From: a virus
Taxonomy: Duplodnaviria > Caudoviricetes
Reading direction: 5' to 3' (one strand)
DNA: 33,610 nt
Virus record (IMG/VR): IMGVR_UViG_3300025103_000082
Span: 1-33,610 of that record
This document shows, piece by piece, positions 26,802 through 33,610 of this stretch. The notes beneath the pieces are model-generated. The model ran no database searches. It worked only from the letters and a program-made list of their open reading frames with translations, and was not told the origin of the DNA. Numbering within the stretch: the stretch's first letter is position 1; every line of letters starts with the position of its first letter. Position numbers and translations under genes: made by a program.

Positions 26802-27244
26802 TAATACCTACCTCCTTTAGCTAACTTTCTTAATAAATACACACCAAGCTCTTCAGGCTGTTCTTTTATCCAATTCATAACCATTTGAAAATCGACTTCG
26901 TCTAAAGGGCCTTTTCTTGTATTACAGGTGCGACAAATTAATTGAAGATTACTTATAATACTAGGGCCACTTTTTTTCAAAGGTACAATATGGTCGCAAG
27001 CAATCGTACGGATATTAAGTATCTTTTCACAATACTTACACGGAGTTCCATATGACGAATAAAATATCGCATCAAGTTCTTCAGTAGTGATTATACAATC
27101 AACTCCTGCTAAATCTGAGCGTTTTTTTAATGACGATTTCAAAGATGAGATTTTTCTTCGCATCTTCTTATACGCTTGCTTCCAAAATGTTCTATGAACA
27201 GGTTCGAGAACTACCTGAAATTGAGCTTTGGTGATTTTTGCCAT
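26801..27244 (-). CDS. HNH endonuclease
   Basis: CKYC...DHIVPLKKSG...NLQLICRTCNTRKG: HNH motif with two CxxC pairs. Confidence 0.9.
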   Translation of the reverse strand: MAKITKAQFQVVLEPVHRTFWKQAYKKMRRKISSLKSSLKKRSDLAGVDCIITTEELDAIFYSSYGTPCKYCEKILNIRTIACDHIVPLKKSGPSIISNLQLICRTCNTRKGPLDEVDFQMVMNWIKEQPEELGVYLLRKLAKGGRY

Positions 27245-27609
27245 TAACTAATATTTTTAATATATAGTTCTTTAGGCGCACTTGCAAAATACTTAAATAA
27301 CGCAGGACATAACCATATGTTACGACCTTCTTGGTCATCGTAATTGCTCCCATTTATAAGGTGGGTATCCTTTAATTCCAATTTAACATCATAATCTGGC
27401 AAAGGATATGCAGAAAATGTTATTGTACAGGAATTACTTTTACCACTCCACTTATCCATCCAATAGTTTGCTCCACCGATAAACGGTTCTCTGACTAATC
27501 CAGTAGTTGGGTCATCAAATGCAAACATACCGCCTTCTATTCTATAGGGCGCTATTGAAGTTACAGCATTACTATGCTGAGATAGAGTATTGAGCGAATT
27601 CGGAACCAT
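27244..27609 (-). CDS. DUF6717-like protein
   Basis: Motifs IAPY...FAFDD...GLVREPFIGGA...WLCPALFKYF..APKELY recalled as this family. ATG 27609 chosen; the start is uncertain. Confidence 0.7.
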   Translation of the reverse strand: MVPNSLNTLSQHSNAVTSIAPYRIEGGMFAFDDPTTGLVREPFIGGANYWMDKWSGKSNSCTITFSAYPLPDYDVKLELKDTHLINGSNYDDQEGRNIWLCPALFKYFASAPKELYIKNIS

Positions 27610-27799
27610 TTGGTCTCTTAACCATTCTAGTATCAATATTGTACCCTTCTTTGTGTCTAAGTGTGTGAATTATAGCCGCCAGTCTCATTATACCCCAAGA
27701 ATTTAACGCTGTCATAGGTGTTATTTTACCACCTGATAACAATGCGGCCTTGACGTAACTTTTTTGAGAATGTTGACGTATTGAAGTAAATTTAGCCAT
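27572..27799 (-). CDS. Winged helix-turn-helix protein (HTH_39-like)
   Basis: SQK...L..GGKITPMTAL..WGIMRLAAIIHTLRHKEGYNI; AAGGAG RBS. Confidence 0.8.
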   Translation of the reverse strand: MAKFTSIRQHSQKSYVKAALLSGGKITPMTALNSWGIMRLAAIIHTLRHKEGYNIDTRMVKRPNGSEFAQYSISA

Positions 27800-27800
27800 A

Positions 27801-28340
27801 TTAGCTTCTCCTTACTCGTTTAACTTTTAAAATGTCGACTCCAAGAGGAAGATTTTTCCCTTCTTTATCGGCAGACATTGCATCAGCCCTAGCGGTTTTC
27901 TTATCAATTTTCTCGATAATTTCTACCGTTTTATACTTACTGTCGAGCTCTTCAGCGTTTATCAATACTGGGCCATATGATTCATATAACTTATATCGAG
28001 CGGTATCAGTCTGCCAAACACCTTGTTCATCTCCTACTTCTTCTATAACCATAGGTAACAATACTTGATTAAAGAATTCCTTTGTCCTCTCAGCGGCGTG
28101 CTTACGATTCTTAAGTCTTTCAATCTCGTCTTTATAGACTTCGATTTCAGTATCTATTAAACTTTCCTTACGGTTAACTTCAACTAGGAAGTGGTCTATT
28201 TTATCGACTTTAGACCTTAGTTGATGATGTAATACTTGAAGTGACTTTTCTAAGTCAAGTTTCCTTTCGTCATCTTGTTCAAGAATTATCTCCAACTCTG
28301 TGTCGATTGCTAATCCTATTAGCTCTTTTGTACTAGCCAT
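27801..28340 (-). CDS. Siphovirus Gp157-like protein
   Basis: Coiled coil with KVDKI...EIERLKNRK and C-terminal KIDKK...LPLGV; AGGAGG RBS; located in the replication module. Confidence 0.75.
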   Translation of the reverse strand: MASTKELIGLAIDTELEIILEQDDERKLDLEKSLQVLHHQLRSKVDKIDHFLVEVNRKESLIDTEIEVYKDEIERLKNRKHAAERTKEFFNQVLLPMVIEEVGDEQGVWQTDTARYKLYESYGPVLINAEELDSKYKTVEIIEKIDKKTARADAMSADKEGKNLPLGVDILKVKRVRRS

Positions 28341-28349
28341 ACAGCCTCC

Positions 28350-29015
28350 TTAATAATGATAATCCACTACTGTTAGCCAGATTTGGTCATTACTATTTTG
28401 ATTAGTTTCTTGAAGAAAATCATCAGGGTCAGTAGTAATCCACTTCCCCTTTAAATCGTCCCAAACTGTATCTTCACCATAGTCTATGTCATCAGCTGTT
28501 CTATCCCATCTGTCTACCATTTGCCAAGACTCTTCACATTGGTAAGTGAATCTTGAATCATCTTTTTGACTAAAGTATTTCCATAGACTTTCAGTAAGAG
28601 GCATACTATCACCTTCATAACCTTCACTTTGGTAAGAGTCTCTTAACCAAGGATGAGTAGAATCTGTCCCTGTTTTATGTTGCCACCATTGATTCAGTTC
28701 AGCTTGGTGTTTTTTGATAAAACCAGTAGGAACAAACAAATTCCAATCGTGACCTTTATGCTCTTCTGGCTCACCAAGAGTTTTTGCGAATTTTATACAT
28801 TCTTTATAATCCGCATTATGTTCGTATTGTTCTAAACAACCCGACCATCTACCACCGATTACATACCAATCAGACGGGCCACTTGCCCATCTACCACCTT
28901 GGCTTGCAAATCCTTGGTCATCTAACCAGCTTACTACTTCATTACTAACAGTCTTGGAATTTATGTGTTCACTTTTGGCGTCTTGTGACGACGCTACTAT
29001 CAAGCGATGGTGCAT
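28350..29015 (-). CDS. Conserved phage protein of unknown function (DWYxIGGRWxG family)
   Basis: SDWYVIGGRWSG motif and C-terminal WLTVVDYH; GGAGG RBS. Confidence 0.75.
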   Translation of the reverse strand: MHHRLIVASSQDAKSEHINSKTVSNEVVSWLDDQGFASQGGRWASGPSDWYVIGGRWSGCLEQYEHNADYKECIKFAKTLGEPEEHKGHDWNLFVPTGFIKKHQAELNQWWQHKTGTDSTHPWLRDSYQSEGYEGDSMPLTESLWKYFSQKDDSRFTYQCEESWQMVDRWDRTADDIDYGEDTVWDDLKGKWITTDPDDFLQETNQNSNDQIWLTVVDYHY

Positions 29016-30789
29016 AATCTTCCCTCCGTAGTCTAAATGATGGTGTCCATTCTAGCTTTACGCCTTCAAACAAATCTCCATCACTGTTCTTAAACAAAGA
29101 AACGCTCTTAGCAGTACTGTTAGCTTCGCCTTCAATACCTACTACTTTTCGTGATGCGTTTTCTATTGCTCCAGAACCTTTACCAGCATACAAGTCTAAT
29201 ACTTGGTCTCTACTGTATGTTCTTGATATCTGAGATATCTGTATTATGATACAATCATAATTTACAGCTAGATTACTTAACTGGTGAGAGATGTACCTAA
29301 TGGTTTCATACTCTCCTCGAATTCCTTTCGGAGGTTCGATAAGGTCAATATAATCAACAACTACGCAAGCGGGGTTAAGCTCTTTAACCTTCTCCTTAAT
29401 TTGTTCTATTGTAGGAGATATAGTCTGGAAAACAATGTGTTGTAATTGCCCGTGATGAGCTTCATACAATGAATCATAATTTTCATTGACATAGTCCTTG
29501 TCTTTGCCGCTGATTATCTGAAGACTTCTTCTGTGCATATACCAACCACTTAATTCTAATGAAAGATAAAGTGTGGGTACCTGCCATTCAGTACGAATAA
29601 TATCATACAAAGAGTCATAACCTAAAACAAGATTATGAGCCAATGTAGTTTTATTAGCACCTGTAGAACCAAATACAGTAACTAATTCACCGGGAAAGAT
29701 AATAACATCTCTGTTTATACCTAAATTCCTTGCTAAATCAATTACTCTACCAGAGAAATCAGAAGTTAATCTTTCTCGCAGTTCTTTATGTAAATCATCA
29801 CTTGTATGTACATCAATAAGATAATCTTTCCTATTATAATGTATGCAATGAGGTTTACAATACTCTTTCATTATGTTATCGTGACAACTGTATTTGTATC
29901 CAGCGTTATAGACAGCTTCAATCTTCTCGTGAACTACAGTTTCTTCTAATTGATTGTCATTCCAATACAATAAGGAAGCTTTAGTAGCATCTGAGGGAAT
30001 ACCGTTACGTCTAAAATGAGAAGCAATACGTAAAATAATATTGTTTCTATTGCCCTGACTGGGGCCATCTTTATACATTTGTTGTACACAAGGCACAATG
30101 TTTCGAGGTTCTACTACCGTTTTTAAAGCCCTTATCTTTGGTACTTCAGTGATAACGTGCTCTTCAAGCTCACCATCACCCCATAAGTCTGGATAATCAT
30201 AATTAAGTCTTTGAGTTTCAGCTATCTTTAAGATTTCTTTTACTCCAAGACCCATTAGTTCTGTTATATCCAATGGAACTTTAAAATACCCACGTTTTTC
30301 ATTTAAGGTATGTGGAAGGCGGTAGATGCCTGTCCTTTGATATACACTAGCATCAAGACCTTCAATTAAACTTGTCATAGTATTTTTTACTACAAAAGGA
30401 AGGTCTTTACTTGCGGGAAAATTAAATACCTCACCACTTAAGGCGATATGGTATCCAGTTCCACTAAAGTAAGGCTGAATTGCTCCGGCTTGAACTCCAA
30501 GTTGTTCTAATTCATATAAAATACCTTGTGCATTCTTTAAAGTGAAGGCATCTGAATTCTGCCCTTTGTCGATATCAATTAAGACTTCATCTATAAATCT
30601 AGTACCAAAGTAATTCTTTAGAGTACCATTTTTATTTACATAGTCTTTACCTTCTTCATCGTAAAGATACATACTACGATAAACAGGTTTTGTATCTCCT
30701 TCATCAAGGACATAGAGGTGCATTTCCTCTATTGGGATAAGGAGTCCCCTGTTGCGAGGACTCCCTATCGCTACTTCTACCCAGTGCAA
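28969..30789 (-). CDS. Bifunctional AEP primase(-polymerase) / SF4 (DnaB-like) helicase
   Basis: AEP motifs IDID, FSGTGYH and IYRLP; PriCT-like GNRNN; helicase motifs GSTGANKTT, YLSLE, VVVDYI, ISQISR and GSGAIE. TTG start. Confidence 0.85.
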   Translation of the reverse strand: MHWVEVAIGSPRNRGLLIPIEEMHLYVLDEGDTKPVYRSMYLYDEEGKDYVNKNGTLKNYFGTRFIDEVLIDIDKGQNSDAFTLKNAQGILYELEQLGVQAGAIQPYFSGTGYHIALSGEVFNFPASKDLPFVVKNTMTSLIEGLDASVYQRTGIYRLPHTLNEKRGYFKVPLDITELMGLGVKEILKIAETQRLNYDYPDLWGDGELEEHVITEVPKIRALKTVVEPRNIVPCVQQMYKDGPSQGNRNNIILRIASHFRRNGIPSDATKASLLYWNDNQLEETVVHEKIEAVYNAGYKYSCHDNIMKEYCKPHCIHYNRKDYLIDVHTSDDLHKELRERLTSDFSGRVIDLARNLGINRDVIIFPGELVTVFGSTGANKTTLAHNLVLGYDSLYDIIRTEWQVPTLYLSLELSGWYMHRRSLQIISGKDKDYVNENYDSLYEAHHGQLQHIVFQTISPTIEQIKEKVKELNPACVVVDYIDLIEPPKGIRGEYETIRYISHQLSNLAVNYDCIIIQISQISRTYSRDQVLDLYAGKGSGAIENASRKVVGIEGEANSTAKSVSLFKNSDGDLFEGVKLEWTPSFRLRREDYAPSLDSSVVTRRQK

Positions 30790-30803
30790 TTAGAATTGCT
30801 CTT

Positions 30804-31406
30804 TTAGAAGGATGTTTGGGTAGTGTTACCCCCTGTGGGGTTTGCTGTACCTGAGGGAGTTGGTGCAGTCCCATCGTATTCTTTTATTACGCCCTTTCCT
30901 TTACAGAAATCAATATATCCCTGAAAGTCCTTTTTATCATTGGAAGTATTACGAACCATTTTGGGTACTACACGAGTGTAGGCCTTTTGTTCCTTATCAT
31001 TCCATTCTTTATAAAGATAAACGTGATAATCCATTGTTGGTTCTGCGGGAAAGACAGGAGCATAATGCTCTTCTAAATAACCTCTAATATCGTCAATGGG
31101 ATTTCCATCCGCATCTTCGAAATCACCTTCTTTGGTTACTCCGCCTTGAAACCCAATAGCATCAAACAAGTAATACAACCGTCTCAGCAGTGTGCAATCC
31201 TTGATGTTGCCATCGGGCTCTGTGTCAAAACTACCAGCGATACTCATTGGCTGTTCGTATTGACTATTTTCTAGTTTAAGGTTAACAACGATATATACAT
31301 CTGCCCAACCGAACTCATCTGCTCTGTCGTTAAATGATGAAATACCTGCATTTTGATAACCTAGATAACTACCGCCAGTAGCGGGCTGTGGTCTGAATAT
31401 AGCCAT
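30804..31406 (-). CDS. Putative single-stranded DNA-binding protein
   Basis: Lies between the Sak4-like ATPase and the primase-helicase; beta-rich, acidic, with a flexible P/T/G tail ending in Phe; AAGGAG RBS. Function is inferred from context. Confidence 0.5.
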   Translation of the reverse strand: MAIFRPQPATGGSYLGYQNAGISSFNDRADEFGWADVYIVVNLKLENSQYEQPMSIAGSFDTEPDGNIKDCTLLRRLYYLFDAIGFQGGVTKEGDFEDADGNPIDDIRGYLEEHYAPVFPAEPTMDYHVYLYKEWNDKEQKAYTRVVPKMVRNTSNDKKDFQGYIDFCKGKGVIKEYDGTAPTPSGTANPTGGNTTQTSF

Positions 31407-31412
31407 ATGCTA

Positions 31413-32279
31413 TTACTCCTTTTCTGTTTTAAAACCAATAACTTCTTTAGCTATTGATTCATAGTTTAAGGGTAACGTCTTTTGTGCAAGAGGCTTAAGT
31501 CTACTGCCAACAGCTCTTTCATCGTATGAGAGAAAAGAAATATAATACTTTTCATCATCACGACTACCTGTAGTATAACCTACAACATCGGCTGAAGCGG
31601 TGAGACCATAAGCCAAACCACGTGGCAATTCTGGCATAAGTTGAACTTTGCCATCAGTAAGTGTACTTGTCTTACTGTGAACTACAAGCACAAGGTTTCC
31701 ACCTTTCTGCTTAATTAGTTCTTGGAATCGCTTTACGACGTCGAGATGTTTCTTACGAGCTTTACCCCAATCGGCTCCCCATTGGCCTTCACCCATCTCA
31801 TTTATACCAAGTTCATTTGTTACTACATCTTCAATCCAACGATTGACTTGACCTAGTGTATCAATGACTATAGTATCATATGGTAATGAGTCCCAATTCT
31901 CTTTAAGATATAGATATACCTCTATCAAAGAATAAGTTTCCAACGGTTGACCTTTATCAGGGCCTGAACGGACAAAATGTCCTCGCTCTTTAGGAGGTAT
32001 TACCTCCAATACTGGTTGCCCGCCTTCTCTGACTACTTTACCGTCAAGAGTTTTCTCTCTGGTAGGTGCATTCAAAGAAGAACAGGTTACAGTATTTGCT
32101 CCATCAACGAAGTCAGAGCCAAGGTCAGTGTCTATCATAAGAACACCAGCTTGACCCTTACTACTCCACGCACTTGCGGCAGTTGTTTTCCCAGTTTTAG
32201 GTTGACCTATTATCATATAAGTCAAACCACTAGGCATTTCCTGCCAGTCCGTGGTTACTTTACGGATGCTTAATTCCAT
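31413..32279 (-). CDS. AAA_24 / Sak4-like P-loop ATPase (ssDNA-annealing recombinase)
   Basis: Walker A GQPKTGKTT, IDTDLGS, Walker B IVIDT, GADWG and LVVHSK. Confidence 0.8.
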   Translation of the reverse strand: MELSIRKVTTDWQEMPSGLTYMIIGQPKTGKTTAASAWSSKGQAGVLMIDTDLGSDFVDGANTVTCSSLNAPTREKTLDGKVVREGGQPVLEVIPPKERGHFVRSGPDKGQPLETYSLIEVYLYLKENWDSLPYDTIVIDTLGQVNRWIEDVVTNELGINEMGEGQWGADWGKARKKHLDVVKRFQELIKQKGGNLVLVVHSKTSTLTDGKVQLMPELPRGLAYGLTASADVVGYTTGSRDDEKYYISFLSYDERAVGSRLKPLAQKTLPLNYESIAKEVIGFKTEKE

Positions 32280-32971
32280 TATGTCTCTCCTTGCTTATGG
32301 GGGAAGACCATCATCTCTTTCTTTACAGAAAAAGGCATCAGGCCTATCCAAATATACTGATAATATGGCTTTTTATCAAGCATCAAGATTTGATTTAATC
32401 CGAAACTTGCGGCCATAGTAGCAGTAAAGATAGTATGTTTTGCGGTACAAGGTTCTACAACTTCTTCACCTTGTGGTATCCAGCTTTCAAGAAAATTATC
32501 ATTTTCAGGAGTAACTGTAATTATTTCCATTGCAAGAGCGCCCATCCTTAAGTCAATAAGCCAATCCCTGTTAGGATTTTCTTTCCAACCTCTATAGACA
32601 TCCATACGGGCATCCATATTATCTGGGCCCATTATGACTTTATTTGATAAGGGTAAGTCAGAACCCAGAGTCCACTTGGACTCATCCATTTGAACCTCAG
32701 GACAACCGTGAACTAATGCTGTTTCTCTAGCGGCATAAGCCTTAGATTTTCCAACAAATGTGTGCGGATAGACACAAGTAGAAAGATTATGCTCTTCTAA
32801 TACGTCATCATCATAACCTATTATCTTGTTAAATCCCATTGCACTAGCCAAGGTGACAACGGCAGAACCGATGCCACCTAAGCCTACGATTGTTACTTCA
32901 TCCAATTTACTCTGGTCAATAAGGTCTTTGTTCCTCATAAACCTATTCTGATTAGTAATTATAACCACCAT
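32279..32971 (-). CDS. ThiF/MoeB/E1-like adenylyltransferase
   Basis: RFMRNKDLI, VTIVGLGGIGS (GxGxxG), DDDVLEEHNL, GKSKA, PDNMDAR, IDLRMG and a late EPCT cysteine. The start is uncertain (ATG 32971 or 32938). Confidence 0.9.
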   Translation of the reverse strand: MVVIITNQNRFMRNKDLIDQSKLDEVTIVGLGGIGSAVVTLASAMGFNKIIGYDDDVLEEHNLSTCVYPHTFVGKSKAYAARETALVHGCPEVQMDESKWTLGSDLPLSNKVIMGPDNMDARMDVYRGWKENPNRDWLIDLRMGALAMEIITVTPENDNFLESWIPQGEEVVEPCTAKHTIFTATMAASFGLNQILMLDKKPYYQYIWIGLMPFSVKKEMMVFPHKQGET

Positions 32972-33608
32972 ATGATTTAGAGTAAAACGGAGTATCAGGA
33001 CGTTCATCCCAATACTCTAATGGGTCGCAATTCAACTCTTCAGATTTGACTTTAAACTCATACCAAGATATTTGATTGTCGGATAGCTCTTTAGCTAACG
33101 CTTCCATCTCCTTGGTTTGTTTATCATCATAATTTGCTTTCTTGTCATTGCTTGCATAGGTATTTCCATACCCATAACCCGGTCTATAATTACCACCTTG
33201 GTAAAATCCTAATTGACCATTTGTTCCTGCATACACTACAGGTTTGTTAGCTTTCTCAATCGTGTCAGCAACATCTATCCAAGGCTGTTCTGCCTTAACA
33301 GGTGTTCCCGTAATATCATCTTCATCAATTTCTATCATTTGAGATTGACCATATTGGTCTTTGTACGCAAATGCGAATGCAAATGGGTCTTTAGCTGTAG
33401 CCACTACTAGACTACAATAAAATCCCACATCTGGAGCCATATCTCTTAAAGTAGAGGCATCAGTTCCAGAAAAGAAAGCTCCCATAGTATGATGACTATG
33501 AATTAAACCTAAGAAACATTTCTTAAGTTTAGGATAGCTATCATATGTGGTTTTAAGAACTTTTGCCAAGTCCTTTGCCTCCCATTCGGTTGCAGTACCG
33601 TGACCTAA
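32952..33608 (-). CDS. JAB/MPN+ metalloprotease (prokaryotic Ub-system type), 5'-truncated
   Basis: GLIHSHHTMGAFFSGTD = HxH-x7-S-xx-D JAMM motif (nt 33459-33500). The frame is open to the window edge (..LGHGTATEWEAKDLAK). G/Y-rich C-terminal region. Confidence 0.85.
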   Translation of the reverse strand, partial: LGHGTATEWEAKDLAKVLKTTYDSYPKLKKCFLGLIHSHHTMGAFFSGTDASTLRDMAPDVGFYCSLVVATAKDPFAFAFAYKDQYGQSQMIEIDEDDITGTPVKAEQPWIDVADTIEKANKPVVYAGTNGQLGFYQGGNYRPGYGYGNTYASNDKKANYDDKQTKEMEALAKELSDNQISWYEFKVKSEELNCDPLEYWDERPDTPFYSKSYGGYNY

Positions 33609-33610
33609 AT

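Larger units (their letters stand above)
1..33610. mobile_element. Bacteriophage genome fragment (tailed dsDNA phage, podovirus-like, with probable virion RNA polymerase)
   Basis: Continuous, tightly packed phage-type genes (tail fibre, nozzle-like protein, ejection proteins, primase-helicase, Gp157, HNH), two convergent modules, many TAATG/ATGA overlaps. No host genes, integrase or att site seen. Confidence 0.95.

Noticed and set aside
26801-27244. HNH as an intron-encoded homing endonuclease, or its GGRY end as a Ubl-type diglycine
   Set aside because: Flanking genes are intact and translationally coupled, with no room for intron structure; the GG codons coincide with the SD of the next gene and the protein is not a beta-grasp fold.
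24704-33410. + strand ORFs within the - strand module (e.g. 25200..25475, 27832..28068, 31977..32273)
   Set aside because: Antisense shadows of well-supported - strand genes.
1-33610. Genome-wide amber (TAG) recoding as in some crAss-like phages
   Set aside because: ORFs up to 2899 aa are intact under the standard code, and TAG serves as a plausible true stop at 24426, 25184 and 27572.
1-33610. tRNA genes, CRISPR arrays, DGR repeats, integrase/att sites
   Set aside because: Intergenic gaps are all under about 90 nt and show no cloverleaf or repeat-spacer pattern; no reverse transcriptase or integrase ORF was recognised. Checked by eye only.

Overview
The whole window is a gene-dense, AT-rich fragment of a tailed dsDNA bacteriophage, probably short-tailed and probably aquatic; no host genes, integrase, rRNA, tRNA or CRISPR array were seen. 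There are two convergent modules. The + strand (1-24426) is late/structural: a 5'-truncated tail fibre, small chaperone-like and membrane (holin-like) proteins, a calcineurin-like metallophosphoesterase, a tail nozzle/stabilisation-like protein apparently split across two in-frame ORFs by one TAG, three ejection-type proteins, a 2899-aa protein with a single-chain two-barrel RNA polymerase core (GADLDGD; probable virion RNAP) and a 795-aa orphan. The - strand (33610 down to 24512) is early/replication: a 5'-truncated JAB/MPN protease next to a ThiF/E1-like enzyme (a probable phage ubiquitin-like or sulfur-carrier cassette), a Sak4-like ATPase, a putative SSB, an AEP primase-SF4 helicase fusion, Gp157, an HTH protein, a DUF6717-like protein, an HNH nuclease and many small Zn-finger or membrane ORFs, ending at an intrinsic terminator. 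Family assignments come from motif recognition by eye; no database search was run.
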